Shown here piece by piece: positions 28,047 through 37,977 of a DNA stretch of 64,000 nt. The stretch covers positions 4,832,001-4,896,000 of the forward strand of contig CAWIPH010000002.1 of assembly GCA_963837955.1 (NCBI GenBank). Reading direction: 5' to 3'. Within the stretch, counting starts at the first letter, position 1. Each line of letters begins with the position of its first letter. Origin of the DNA: an uncultured Verrucomicrobiae bacterium (GTDB lineage: Bacteria > Verrucomicrobiota > Verrucomicrobiia > Chthoniobacterales > JAFAMB01). The notes under the pieces were generated by a model. That model worked only from the letters and a program-made list of their open reading frames with translations. It had not been told where the DNA came from and did not search any database. The position numbers and the translations under genes were made by a program.

Positions 28047-29050
28047 GATTCAGGAAAAACAGGTCGAATTGTGTCTGGAAGCTCGTCTAAGAAATCATTG
28101 AAGAACCTAAAGGCGGGAAGCATCGAAGCAACCTGTCGAAGACTTTTAATTGCAGGCGAGATGTGACGCAAAAATTCCGGTTTCCCGCGTAGGACCCCGA
28201 TCACACCATACGCGCCCAGCGCCTGGAGCAAGCGTTGAATCGCGCAGCGCAAAAAGATGTCGCGAAACTGTTCGCGGTCGACGGAGGAATCCAGCCGATC
28301 CAGATAATAGCTGAGCAGCGCCTGCCGCTCGGCATCCGTGAGTGTGACGTAAGGGTCGTAGAGCAAGGAAGCAAGATCGTACTCGCCTAAGCCGGGACGC
28401 ATCCCTTGGAAATCAATCAGGAACGCTTCGTCGTCACTGATAATGATATTCTGTGACTGTAAGTCCCGATGGACGAGCACCCTCGGATAACTCGCGAGAT
28501 CTTCGGCCAGTTTAGTCAGTTCCGGGCGTGACCAGAGCGCCTGGATCCGGTCCTCCGGTACCCGGAAGCAACGCCGAAAGCAGTTTTGCAGTCCGTATTC
28601 CTGTTCCCACCGATACAGGGCGGCATCAAAATCGGGCGGGCTATCGGACATGCGGGCCATCGAAGGATCAGTCCCGTGCAGCATGATCACTTGGTCGAGA
28701 GTTCGCTCGTACAGGAACTTTCGGACTGGCCACGATTCAGTACGATGATGCCAGAGATCTTCTTCCCCGAGATCTTGCATCCAGATCAAGCCTTCTTCGT
28801 CGTCGTGAAAGTAAATCAAAGGCGCGTTGACGCCGATCCCGTCAAGAAAATTGGCGACCGCCACGAATCGGACGTTTTCCAGTTTCTCTTTCTGGTATTT
28901 TACGAGAATCAATGACGAATCAGCACTGAATTGAATCCGGTAGTATTTGCGGTCGGAACCTCCTTTTTCGAGAGGTCGAATATCGAATGCCGAATCGTGA
29001 TAATGAGGAAACCGCTGCCGGGTGTGGTCTATGAGCAAATTCAACGTCAT
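28043..29050 (-). CDS. amgK: AmgK-like anomeric MurNAc/GlcNAc kinase (APH-family phosphotransferase)
   Basis: GGSDRKYYR, HRDLQSQN, IDFQG, YDLASLL.DPY, QRLLQALGAYG; coupled to murU. Confidence 0.8.
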   Translation of the reverse strand: MTLNLLIDHTRQRFPHYHDSAFDIRPLEKGGSDRKYYRIQFSADSSLILVKYQKEKLENVRFVAVANFLDGIGVNAPLIYFHDDEEGLIWMQDLGEEDLWHHRTESWPVRKFLYERTLDQVIMLHGTDPSMARMSDSPPDFDAALYRWEQEYGLQNCFRRCFRVPEDRIQALWSRPELTKLAEDLASYPRVLVHRDLQSQNIIISDDEAFLIDFQGMRPGLGEYDLASLLYDPYVTLTDAERQALLSYYLDRLDSSVDREQFRDIFLRCAIQRLLQALGAYGVIGVLRGKPEFLRHISPAIKSLRQVASMLPAFRFFNDFLDELPDTIRPVFPES

Positions 29051-30009
29051 ACGAAATCTCTCCGGCCAAAGGTGCCGGGCCCTACATCCGTGCCAGCCAC
29101 CACGCATTCGCTAAGGTGTGTGTCTGACCGAATAGTCGAACCTGGCCATGCCACAACGTCCTGCAGAGATACGTTGGGCTCGATCCGGCTTTCCGGACCA
29201 ATCCAGCAGGCACCGGCGATCTCTACTCCTTCGGACACCATTGCCGAATCGGCGATCGTCGTCGGCCAATCCGCTTCCGTCAAGTGCCTTGGTCGCCAAC
29301 TATCGGTCACAACGGTTCGATGGATTCCCAGATATGCCTCTCGGGAGCCGATATTGAACCACTGTTGCTCATCCAAAACGACTCCGTTTATTCGGTCACC
29401 GTCGCGGATCGCATCAGCCAAGACGGGAATGAAGGAGACCTTGCGATCGGGTGGAATCTTCCCAATCATTTCTGGATTCCAGACGGAAACGTTTGCGAAA
29501 TCAACATTGCCGGAAAGACCGGACCCAAGCCGGCCAAGGATATCCACGACTCGATTTGTTCCGGGATCGAATGAGAGAGGAGTCAGACCGGTGTGACGCA
29601 ATGCCAACGTCACTCGGCAGCCGGAACGGAAATGGGAATCGATCAGAGCGCCAAGGTTGATGTCGGTGAGAACATCACCGCTATAAACGAGGAACGGCTC
29701 CTGCTCGAGCAAATTGGCCACGTTGCGAATCCCGCCTCCGGTCTCGAGCAACACCGGCTCCTGAACGAGCGTCACTCTTTTGCCTCGATACGAATTGCTC
29801 GAAAAGAAGTCGGTAAACTGTTCCGGCAGATGGTGAGTATTGATAACGAATCGTTCTACGCCAGACGCGATCAAATGATCTAAGGCAAACGTGATCAGTC
29901 GCTTTCCGAAGATCGGTAGCAACGGTTTCGGAACGACATTTGTGAGCGGTCGAAGCCGGGTACCCAACCCTGCTCCAAGCACGAAAGCGGTGCGAACGCG
30001 CGGAACCAT
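29047..30009 (-). CDS. murU: MurU-like sugar-phosphate nucleotidyltransferase
   Basis: LGAGLGTRLRPLT..PKPL, INTHHL, LETGGG. Confidence 0.78.
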   Translation of the reverse strand: MVPRVRTAFVLGAGLGTRLRPLTNVVPKPLLPIFGKRLITFALDHLIASGVERFVINTHHLPEQFTDFFSSNSYRGKRVTLVQEPVLLETGGGIRNVANLLEQEPFLVYSGDVLTDINLGALIDSHFRSGCRVTLALRHTGLTPLSFDPGTNRVVDILGRLGSGLSGNVDFANVSVWNPEMIGKIPPDRKVSFIPVLADAIRDGDRINGVVLDEQQWFNIGSREAYLGIHRTVVTDSWRPRHLTEADWPTTIADSAMVSEGVEIAGACWIGPESRIEPNVSLQDVVAWPGSTIRSDTHLSECVVAGTDVGPGTFGRRDFV

Positions 30010-30069
30010 GGACGCTTGGCAACCTATCGAGTCGTTCTACCAGATGTAAAGTCAGCAGTTCGGGGCATC

Positions 30070-30128
30070 GCGTTTGGCGTTTGGCGTTTGGCGTTTGGCG
30101 TTCCGGCGTTCCGGCGTTCCGGCGTTCC
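30070..30128. repeat. Compound tandem repeat (GCGTTTG)4(GCGTTCCG)~4
   Basis: Read directly, between divergent murU and tolB. Confidence 0.95.
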
Positions 30129-30218
30129 CAAGTCCCCGGTACCGTTGACAATAAAGCTATGATCAACGTTTGACTTGTCGCATTGACGCGGTAATAGGGC
30201 CACAATTCGTGCTTCAGA

Positions 30219-31361
30219 ATGAAACCGTTCGTCCTCCTTCTAGGTTACGTCCTACTTGCTGGCGCTGTCATCGCGCAAAGCTCAAGCTCTCCGGTTATCA
30301 CGATTCGCAAAGGAACGGCTGTAGTTGTTGAAATTAAAGATGCCTCCGGTCCGGCGGGCGCCGTTTTGAAAAACGATATTGAACTTTCGGGTGCAATGAC
30401 GCTCGGGGACAGCGCTTCGGCGACGGCGATAGTGAGTGTTACCGCGTCTGGTAACGGAGCTAGCGGACAAGCTCTCGATAAAACGGGAAGCGCGATCCTG
30501 CAAAAAAGTTATGGCGGAGATACCCGGCGAGCCGTGCATCAATTTGTTGACGATTTGGTGGAGACGTTGACGGGGCAAAAAGGTATTGCCACTTCAAAGA
30601 TCGCGTTCGTATCCAACCGTACCGGACACAAAGAAATTTATACGGCAGACTACGACGGCGCGAATGCGGTCCAATTGACCAGAGACAATGCGATAAGCGT
30701 TAATCCCAATCTTTCGGCCGACGGGCGCAAATTAGCTTACACCGGTTATCAAAGCGGATATGCCGACATTTACCTGGTTGATTTGGGTTCTGGTTCGCGC
30801 AATCGCATCATCAAATATCCGGGTACAAATTCCGGTCCAGCCATCTCGCCGCAAGGCAATCGGATCGCCTGCACCATGAGCAAAGATGGCAACCCGGAGA
30901 TTTATGTCACAAATATCAACGGCGATTCTCCGCGCCGGTTGACGCGCGCTCTGGGGGTAGAGTCATCGCCGAGCTGGTCGCCAAACGGCAGCGAGATTGT
31001 TTATTCCTCGGACGAACGGGGCGGACCCCAGATCTATCGACTGGGTGTTGACGGCGGGTCGAGTCGGTTACTGTCGACTGGATATGGTTATTGCACCGAA
31101 CCGAACTGGTCGCCCGATGGAAAGAAGATCACTTTCAATGTCAGAAGCGGCGGGGCTTTCCAAGTGGCCGTACTCGATCTCGACGGTGGCTCGACCCGGG
31201 TAATTGCCAATGAGGGTGAGAGGCCGGTCTGGGGTCCAGACTCCCGCCACGTGCTATTTGCTAGAGGGAGCGGACTTTTTATGATTGATAGTGTGACCGG
31301 GCGTGAAGCCAGGATCGTGGGCGATTTAGGCAGAGTTTCCGAGCCGACTTGGTCCCACTAA
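30219..31361 (+). CDS. tolB: TolB
   Basis: Signal peptide, PD40 repeats (P.WSPDG), upstream of pal. Confidence 0.92.
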   Translation: MKPFVLLLGYVLLAGAVIAQSSSSPVITIRKGTAVVVEIKDASGPAGAVLKNDIELSGAMTLGDSASATAIVSVTASGNGASGQALDKTGSAILQKSYGGDTRRAVHQFVDDLVETLTGQKGIATSKIAFVSNRTGHKEIYTADYDGANAVQLTRDNAISVNPNLSADGRKLAYTGYQSGYADIYLVDLGSGSRNRIIKYPGTNSGPAISPQGNRIACTMSKDGNPEIYVTNINGDSPRRLTRALGVESSPSWSPNGSEIVYSSDERGGPQIYRLGVDGGSSRLLSTGYGYCTEPNWSPDGKKITFNVRSGGAFQVAVLDLDGGSTRVIANEGERPVWGPDSRHVLFARGSGLFMIDSVTGREARIVGDLGRVSEPTWSH

Positions 31362-31381
31362 AATCCGTCTCCATACATCTC

Positions 31382-31876
31382 ATGAAAAAGATCTTCACTT
31401 TTGGTTGCATACTTATCGTTGGTCTGTGCGGTTGCAAAAAACAGCAGCAGCAGGAATACGCCGGGGTCGAGGGCGATACGGTGAGCGGAACGCCGCTTTC
31501 GCAGCGCCAGGAGGGCGTTTCATTTTTCGGCAACAATGTGAATCGCGGCCAATTTCAGCCGGTTTATTTCGCCTTTGATAGCTTTGAGATGCAATCGTCT
31601 GAAACTGAAAAACTGCGGCAGATCGCCAGCTTTATGAAAGGGGCCTCGAACAATGTTATTTTGGCTGGATTTACCGACGAACGAGGCACGGAGGAGTACA
31701 ATCGCGGTTTGGGGGAACGGCGCGCTCAGGCCGCTCGCAATTATTTAATTTCGCTCGGAGTTTCTGGTAGCCGAATCCAGACCGTCAGCTTTGGGTTGGA
31801 AATGCCGACGGATTCGGGACACAACGAGGCGGCTTGGGCCAAGAATCGTCGAGTCGAGACCGGCGTCGTTCGGTGA
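31382..31876 (+). CDS. pal: Peptidoglycan-associated lipoprotein
   Basis: Lipobox LCGC; VYFAFD, TDERGTEEYNRGLGERRA, AWAKNRR. Confidence 0.93.
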   Translation: MKKIFTFGCILIVGLCGCKKQQQQEYAGVEGDTVSGTPLSQRQEGVSFFGNNVNRGQFQPVYFAFDSFEMQSSETEKLRQIASFMKGASNNVILAGFTDERGTEEYNRGLGERRAQAARNYLISLGVSGSRIQTVSFGLEMPTDSGHNEAAWAKNRRVETGVVR

Positions 31877-32059
31877 TCAACGGGTGAGGTTGATGTTTTG
31901 ATTGTTTGCCGCGGCTTGATTCCTGGAGCAGCATTCGAATCATGACGAACGTTCGAGCGCTCTTCTGTCGGCACTCATTACGTTATTGTTTTACGCCCGT
32001 TATTTTACGGATTACTACTCAACTAGACTCGCTGGCCTCTCGTTTGTGCCCGCGGCGGC

Positions 32060-32647
32060 ATGGAAGATCCCAACTCGCTTGATGACGAAGCCCTTGTTCG
32101 CCGCACGCAGAGCGGCGACACACTGGCGTTCGATGTTCTTTGGCAAAAATACAGCTCGAGGATCTATTCGCTGATCTACAACATGACCTCGAACCACGAG
32201 GACGCGAACGATCTACTGCTTGAGGTGTTTGCCAAGGCTTACCGGTCGATCAGCGGTTTTCGAGGAAGATCGAGTTTCTATACCTGGATCCACGCGATCG
32301 CAGTGAACATGACGATTAATTTCGTTAAAAAGCGTGGCCGCCGGTTCCAAATGAGCTTAGATGACATCGACTCCAGTGTTCACAATGACAAGGAATTCAT
32401 CGAACTTACTGCAGCGAACACGCCGATCCGCGAAGTTGATCTGGCAGAACTGCAACAGAGATTGAACGAAGCGATGATGAAGCTGTCTCTAGAGCATAGG
32501 ACCGTTGTAACGATGTTCGACATCCAGGGGATGCCGCACGCGGAGATCGCCAGGATCTTGGGTGTACCAGAGGCTACAGTTCGATCCAGGTTGTTCTACG
32601 CACATCGACAGTTGCAGAATTACCTCGAAGAGTTTAGAAAGAAATGA
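32060..32647 (+). CDS. ECF sigma-70 factor (RpoE-like)
   Basis: Region 2 'FRGRSSFYTWIHAIAVN' and region 4 'EIARILGVPEATVRSRLFYA'. Confidence 0.93.
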   Translation: MEDPNSLDDEALVRRTQSGDTLAFDVLWQKYSSRIYSLIYNMTSNHEDANDLLLEVFAKAYRSISGFRGRSSFYTWIHAIAVNMTINFVKKRGRRFQMSLDDIDSSVHNDKEFIELTAANTPIREVDLAELQQRLNEAMMKLSLEHRTVVTMFDIQGMPHAEIARILGVPEATVRSRLFYAHRQLQNYLEEFRKK

Positions 32648-33120
32648 TGCTCGACGAAAAGCAGGTACAACAGCTTCTCAAACTAAAGCGATTCGAGCAA
32701 CCGCCCCCCGGCTATTTTGATAGAGCGCTCGAAGAATTTCATAGCCGGCAACGCGCCGAAATCCTGCGCCGGTCGCCGCTCCAAATTTGGTTCGAAAGAT
32801 TATCATCGAGCTTCGGAAATTTTCGCGTGCCAGCGTCAGCCTATGCCGGCGCGTTTGGCGTCTTTGCAGTGATAGCGACTCTTTTGGGCACCGGCTTATG
32901 GACACCGGAAGCTCCAAATCGGAGTTTGACGAGCGGGCTGGCTCAGTCAGAAATCACCGACTCCGGCCTCAGATTTACCTCCCGTGGTGAGATCAAACTC
33001 TCCGGACCCGAAACGAAATTCCAGAAGTTCTTCCCGACGATTCAGCCCTCGGATGCGAGTCGGCCCCGCTATATTCTTGATCGACAGCCTGTGAGCTACC
33101 AACCGCCGGCCAGCTTTTAA
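32644..33120 (+). CDS. Putative membrane anti-sigma factor
   Basis: Coupled to the sigma gene; single TM. Confidence 0.6.
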   Translation: MMLDEKQVQQLLKLKRFEQPPPGYFDRALEEFHSRQRAEILRRSPLQIWFERLSSSFGNFRVPASAYAGAFGVFAVIATLLGTGLWTPEAPNRSLTSGLAQSEITDSGLRFTSRGEIKLSGPETKFQKFFPTIQPSDASRPRYILDRQPVSYQPPASF

Positions 33121-33174
33121 TTAGTTATTGGCCCGCACGGCAAATGTGTCGGATTCTGGCCTCCCACCAGCTCG

Positions 33175-34278
33175 ATGCTGAAACAGTCGCTAGCCGTTTT
33201 GTCTTTCCAAAAAATGTCGGCTGAAGGGGCGGAACTTGCCTCCCCGAAGATTCGTACCGCGTGGGTACCGGTTTTTCTCGTGCTCACGCTCACCGGGCTG
33301 TGGACTTCGTCCCAGGTCACCTCCGCAGAAGAAACTTTCGCAGCCATCGCAGCAGATGTGCAGAAGGTCTTTGAATCGGCGAAAGGAGCTGTGGTTCGTA
33401 TCGAGTCCGAGGATCAACACGGGAGATTGGCCGGGACGGGATTTGTCGTTGACCCGGCGGGGATCATCTATACGGCGTATTCGGTGGCCGGAGAGTCACA
33501 CGACATTATCGTCGAGCTGGGATCAAGTCGTTACCCGGCGGAGAGATTGGCCGCAGATTCTCGAAGCGGGGTCGCTATCCTCAAGATCCACGCGGAAACA
33601 CCTTGGCTTCCACTGGGTGATTCTGACCATCTCGCTGTCGCATCTCCGATCGTGACGATTGGTTATCCTCAGGGTTTGCCGCTTACACCAAATTTCGGAA
33701 TCGTTGGCGGCCTTGACGAAGGCGATCTAAAGCAATTCTTCGCAACTACTCTCATCCGAGCGAACATACCGCCGCAAAAAGGTGAAGGCGGAGCCCCGCT
33801 TCTCAATTTGGAGGGCCAGGTCGTGGGCATTCTGATCAGCAGTGTGGACAACAAAACTGCCTGCTACGCACTGCCGATTAAAGCCGCGGAAAAGGTTCGG
33901 GCCGATTATGTCCGTTTTGGTGATGTCCGACCCGGCTGGGTTGGGGTCAACATCGAGGATGGAGATAAGGAGCAGAACCAATCGCGCGTAGTGATCACGG
34001 GTTTTGCTGATAATTCGCCCGCCACGGAATCAGGTCTCCAGCCCGGCGATATTCTCATGCAAGTTGGATCGGTGAAAGTCCATTCAACAGCAGATGTCCG
34101 AAATGCTTCGTTTTTCCTGTCAGCGGATCAAAAAGTCACTATCTCCGTCGTTCGTGACGGGGAGAATCTCACGTTCGATGTCATTCCGACCCTTCCGCAG
34201 CAGCCCAGATTCCCGGTATTTGCACCAGGGTACCTCCTAAACGGAGATAATGCCCTCAGACTGAAACTGGAAAATTAA
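33175..34278 (+). CDS. HtrA/DegP-like trypsin + PDZ protein lacking the catalytic triad
   Basis: GTGFVVD, LGDSD, IGYP, GEGGAPLLN, SPA..SGLQPGDI. Confidence 0.88.
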   Translation: MLKQSLAVLSFQKMSAEGAELASPKIRTAWVPVFLVLTLTGLWTSSQVTSAEETFAAIAADVQKVFESAKGAVVRIESEDQHGRLAGTGFVVDPAGIIYTAYSVAGESHDIIVELGSSRYPAERLAADSRSGVAILKIHAETPWLPLGDSDHLAVASPIVTIGYPQGLPLTPNFGIVGGLDEGDLKQFFATTLIRANIPPQKGEGGAPLLNLEGQVVGILISSVDNKTACYALPIKAAEKVRADYVRFGDVRPGWVGVNIEDGDKEQNQSRVVITGFADNSPATESGLQPGDILMQVGSVKVHSTADVRNASFFLSADQKVTISVVRDGENLTFDVIPTLPQQPRFPVFAPGYLLNGDNALRLKLEN

Positions 34279-34435
34279 GTCGGCATCCAGGGCTCAGGAG
34301 TCAACGTCAGACGCCCTTCTGCCTCGATTTTTTCTTGTGTCCCAACGCGATCTTCGGCATTAGGTAAGCCGCGTCCGAGGAAGCGGTTTTCGTTGGCTTT
34401 CTCCCCGCGGCGGCATAAGGTTGGCGGTTCATCAA

Positions 34436-34723
34436 ATGTCTAAGGTCGACTCGCAGATTACTGAATTGTCATTTGAAGCAGCAATGGAAAGGCTCGAACT
34501 GATCGTCGGACAAATGGAGTCATCCAAGCTGCCTCTCGAAGAGCTGCTGGCAAGATATGAAGAAGGTACCAAGCTGATCGCAGTCTGCAATCAACGGCTA
34601 GAAGCAGCGGAAAACCGTGTAGAGACGCTAGCTCGTGATGCTGTATCTAAGTCTCAGGGGTCTTCTATAGAACGGCCCAAGGATCTCAAAAAATCTCCCA
34701 ATGATGAAATCAGCCTCTTTTGA
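34436..34723 (+). CDS. xseB: Exodeoxyribonuclease VII small subunit
   Basis: SFEAAMERLE.IV..ME...LPLEE....YEEG..L...C...L..AE. Confidence 0.92.
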   Translation: MSKVDSQITELSFEAAMERLELIVGQMESSKLPLEELLARYEEGTKLIAVCNQRLEAAENRVETLARDAVSKSQGSSIERPKDLKKSPNDEISLF

Positions 34724-36629
34724 TACATCCCGAGCACGCCTGCTCGATCGGATCGAGTCTCCAACCGACTTAAAGCGGCTGGAGGAAAACCAACTGCCGC
34801 AGCTTGCCCAAGAAATCCGAGACGAGTTGATCTCGGTTCTGTCGAAGACAGGAGGCCATTTAGGACCAAACCTTGGGGTAGTCGAGCTTACCATGGCGTT
34901 GCACCGCGTTTTTGACACGCCAGAGGATAAGCTTCTCTTCGATGTCAGCCACCAAGGCTACGTCCACAAGCTCTTAACCGGAAGGTTGGATCGTTTTAGC
35001 ACCATTAGACAGTATCAAGGATTGAATGGCTTCTTGCTGCGGTCAGAGAGTGGGCACGATTGTTATGGAGCCGGACACGCCGGAACCGCCCTATCGGCAG
35101 GCTTAGGGATGGCTGTTGCCCGGGATCGACGCGGAGGCAAGGAAAACGTCGTAGTGGTGGCTGGAGACGCGGCCTTCACTTGCGGTACCAGCTACGAAGC
35201 GCTCAATAATGTCTCGCACAATACAAAGCGTTTTATCGTTGTTTTGAATGACAACGAATGGTCGATCGCCAAGAATGTTGGAGCGATCGCAAACTATTTG
35301 AACCGGATCGTTACGAACGATGCTTATAGCCATTTGCACGAAAAGGCAGCCAAGTTTGTGGAAATGATCGGGGGCAAGTTCGTCACGCAGCTGGCACACA
35401 AGGTTGAAGAAGGGGTAAAGCATCTTCTCCTGCCAAGCGTCATTTTTGAAGACCTGGGCCTGCACTACTACGGACCGATCGACGGACACGATATTCCTTT
35501 GCTAATTCGTACATTCGAATTCTTGAAGCGCCAGCCGGAGCCGGTGCTGCTCCACATCATCACGCAGAAAGGAAAAGGGTATGCTCCGGCGCTAGCTAAA
35601 CCGGACAAGTTTCACGGGCTTGGAAAATTTACTCTGGAAACCGGTGAAACCGCGAAAGCAACGACTCCGACCTATTCCGAACTTTTGGGCCAGACTTTGA
35701 CTAAGTTTGCCGACAACAATAAGAAAATCATGGCCATTACGGCGGCCATGCCGTCCGGTACCGGTCTGTTTCACTTCGCGGCCAACCATCCGGATCAATA
35801 TTTTGATGTCGGCATCGCCGAGGAGCACGCTGCGCTTTTCGCCTGTGGGCTGGCGACGCAAGGTTTTAAGCCGTTCCTCACCATCTACTCGACCTTCATG
35901 CAGCGCGCCTACGACATGCTTATTCACGATATCGCGCTACAGAATCTGAACGTCGCGCTGTGTATGGATCGCGCGGGATTATCAGGCGATGATGGGCCGA
36001 CTCATCACGGCCTATTCGATATCGGCTATCTGCGCCCGGTCCCGGGGATTGTGCATATGCAGCCCAAGGATGAGGAAGAATTTGTCGATATGCTTTGGAC
36101 CATGGTGAACTACAATCAGGGGCCGATTGCCATTCGCTATCCTCGAGGCGCCGGCACGGGGGCGCAGCCGAAAGCTCAACCCAAGTTGCTGGAGATTGGC
36201 AAAGCCGAAGTGGTGCGTCACGGTCAGGATGTTGCGCTTTTCGGGCTTGGAAACATGTTCGCTCTAGCCGAAGCGACCGCGAAACGGTTGGAAGAACAAG
36301 GCTTCTCGGTTGCGTTGATCAATCCGAGATGGATTAAGCCTCTGGACACCGGTACCCTCGAATTCTTCGCGCGGAGAGTTGAGGTCATCTGTACCTTTGA
36401 AGATCACGTATTGCACAACGGGTTCGGCTGCGCCGTCATGGAGCAGCTCGCCGAAAGTCAGATCGCAACACCTATTGTCCGAATTGGCTGGCCCGATCAA
36501 TTTATTGAACATGGCTCTATTCCGGTACTCCGAGAGAAGCACGGCCTTACGGTAGACGCTGCGGTCGAAAAGATTCGGCCATTTCTGAAGAAAGCGTTGG
36601 GTGGCAAGCAACCTCGTTCTGCCGCATAA
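34701..36629 (+). CDS. dxs: 1-deoxy-D-xylulose-5-phosphate synthase
   Basis: GGHLGPNLGVVELT, DVSHQGY.HK, GDAA...NDN, DVGIAEEHA, DGPTHHG. Confidence 0.97.
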   Translation: MMKSASFDTSRARLLDRIESPTDLKRLEENQLPQLAQEIRDELISVLSKTGGHLGPNLGVVELTMALHRVFDTPEDKLLFDVSHQGYVHKLLTGRLDRFSTIRQYQGLNGFLLRSESGHDCYGAGHAGTALSAGLGMAVARDRRGGKENVVVVAGDAAFTCGTSYEALNNVSHNTKRFIVVLNDNEWSIAKNVGAIANYLNRIVTNDAYSHLHEKAAKFVEMIGGKFVTQLAHKVEEGVKHLLLPSVIFEDLGLHYYGPIDGHDIPLLIRTFEFLKRQPEPVLLHIITQKGKGYAPALAKPDKFHGLGKFTLETGETAKATTPTYSELLGQTLTKFADNNKKIMAITAAMPSGTGLFHFAANHPDQYFDVGIAEEHAALFACGLATQGFKPFLTIYSTFMQRAYDMLIHDIALQNLNVALCMDRAGLSGDDGPTHHGLFDIGYLRPVPGIVHMQPKDEEEFVDMLWTMVNYNQGPIAIRYPRGAGTGAQPKAQPKLLEIGKAEVVRHGQDVALFGLGNMFALAEATAKRLEEQGFSVALINPRWIKPLDTGTLEFFARRVEVICTFEDHVLHNGFGCAVMEQLAESQIATPIVRIGWPDQFIEHGSIPVLREKHGLTVDAAVEKIRPFLKKALGGKQPRSAA

Positions 36630-36724
36630 GGGCTAGGCGGCGATTCACGGCTTCGTGTTGAAAACAGGCAAGTAATCGGCGACAGCAATCTGTCGGTATT
36701 TCTCAAGATGAGCGCTTGTCTGTT

Positions 36725-37741
36725 ATGGCTCCTACGATCGTTGCTCGGCAATTGACCAAGGTCTTTCGGACCTACAACAAGAAGGAAGGGTTCCTTGGCG
36801 CCCTAAAGGGCCTGGTTAATCGGGACTACCGGGCCACGTACGCGGCCAATCAGGTGTCGTTTTCCATTTCCGAGGGAGAACTTGTTGGTTTTCTGGGACC
36901 GAACGGCGCCGGCAAAACGACAGTACTGAAGATGCTGTCCGGTTTGCTTGTTCCGACATCCGGGTCGGCTTCCGTTTTGGGCTTTACTCCTTGGGAGCGG
37001 AAAACGGAGTTTAAGCGCCAGTTCAGCTTGGTATTAGGGCAAAAGAACTCGCTCTGGTGGGATCTTCCGGCCAATGAATCGCTAGAATTGAATCGCGTGA
37101 TCTATGAGATCTCTCCGACTGTATTTCGGCGGATCGTCGATGAGCTCATCGATCTCCTGGATGTACGCGACAAACTGAATGTGATGGTGCGAGAGCTGAG
37201 CCTCGGCGAACGAATGAAGCTGGAATTAATCGCAGCATTGATCCATCAGCCGAAAGTCTTGTTCTTGGACGAACCGACGATCGGTCTCGATGTGATCAGC
37301 CAAAAGAACGTGCGCGATTTTCTCCTCCATTACAACGAGCAGGGACGCGTTTCTACGGTTCTGACCAGCCATTATATGCAAGACATCGAGAAGCTCTGTC
37401 GCCGAGTCATTATCATCGACCACGGCAAAGTATTCTTTGATGGCGAATTTGCGGACATCACTGAAAGATTCGCTCGACACAAGTTGCTCCGATTTGTCTT
37501 TAATGCGCCAATCCACCGCGTTCCGCAGCTAGGAGACCTGATCGAGCAAACTCCCACGTCGTTAACCTTAAAAGTGGATCGCAGCAAGGTGGCCGAAGTT
37601 TGCCGAGAGCTTTTATCAACTGGAAATGTTCAGGACTTCAGTGCGGAGGACGAACCGCTAGAAGATATCATTCGGCAATTGTTTGAAAGCCACGAAGCAG
37701 GCGAGCCCACGAGCACGACGCATGAGGAAGTCAGATCCTAG
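36725..37741 (+). CDS. ABC-2 type exporter ATP-binding subunit
   Basis: GPNGAGKTT, LSLGERMK, FLDEPTIGLD, TSHYM. Confidence 0.93.
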   Translation: MAPTIVARQLTKVFRTYNKKEGFLGALKGLVNRDYRATYAANQVSFSISEGELVGFLGPNGAGKTTVLKMLSGLLVPTSGSASVLGFTPWERKTEFKRQFSLVLGQKNSLWWDLPANESLELNRVIYEISPTVFRRIVDELIDLLDVRDKLNVMVRELSLGERMKLELIAALIHQPKVLFLDEPTIGLDVISQKNVRDFLLHYNEQGRVSTVLTSHYMQDIEKLCRRVIIIDHGKVFFDGEFADITERFARHKLLRFVFNAPIHRVPQLGDLIEQTPTSLTLKVDRSKVAEVCRELLSTGNVQDFSAEDEPLEDIIRQLFESHEAGEPTSTTHEEVRS

Positions 37742-37775
37742 TTAAGATCGGCGTCCGGGAACCCTGCCGACAGAG

Positions 37776-37955
37776 GGGAAGCGCTTCCGACTTCGCCAAT
37801 CGTCAACCGTGCCTCGGACATTTGGGAAGCGGCTTCCGACTTCGCCAACCGTAAGTCATGGTTCGAACATCGGAGGAGGCTTCGTCGGACACGTCGTCGG
37901 ACGCATGCGGCTTCGCGAATCTCGTTGACGGTAGTGATGGCTACGGCGGACAGGC
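37776..37955. repeat. REP-like composite repeat between convergent genes
   Basis: Two ~47-nt direct copies starting gggaagc(g)gcttccgacttcgccaa, then complementary ggcttcgtcggac / ggctacggcggac. Confidence 0.7.
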
Positions 37956-37977
37956 AAGCCTTGGATGTTTAACGCCG

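Noticed and set aside
29681..30205. 174-aa ORF with NAGTPER/QTPNAKR repeats
   Set aside because: Product of translating the microsatellite; overlaps murU.
37776..37870. Mini CRISPR array
   Set aside because: Only two imperfect repeats, the intervening sequences resemble each other, and there are no cas genes.
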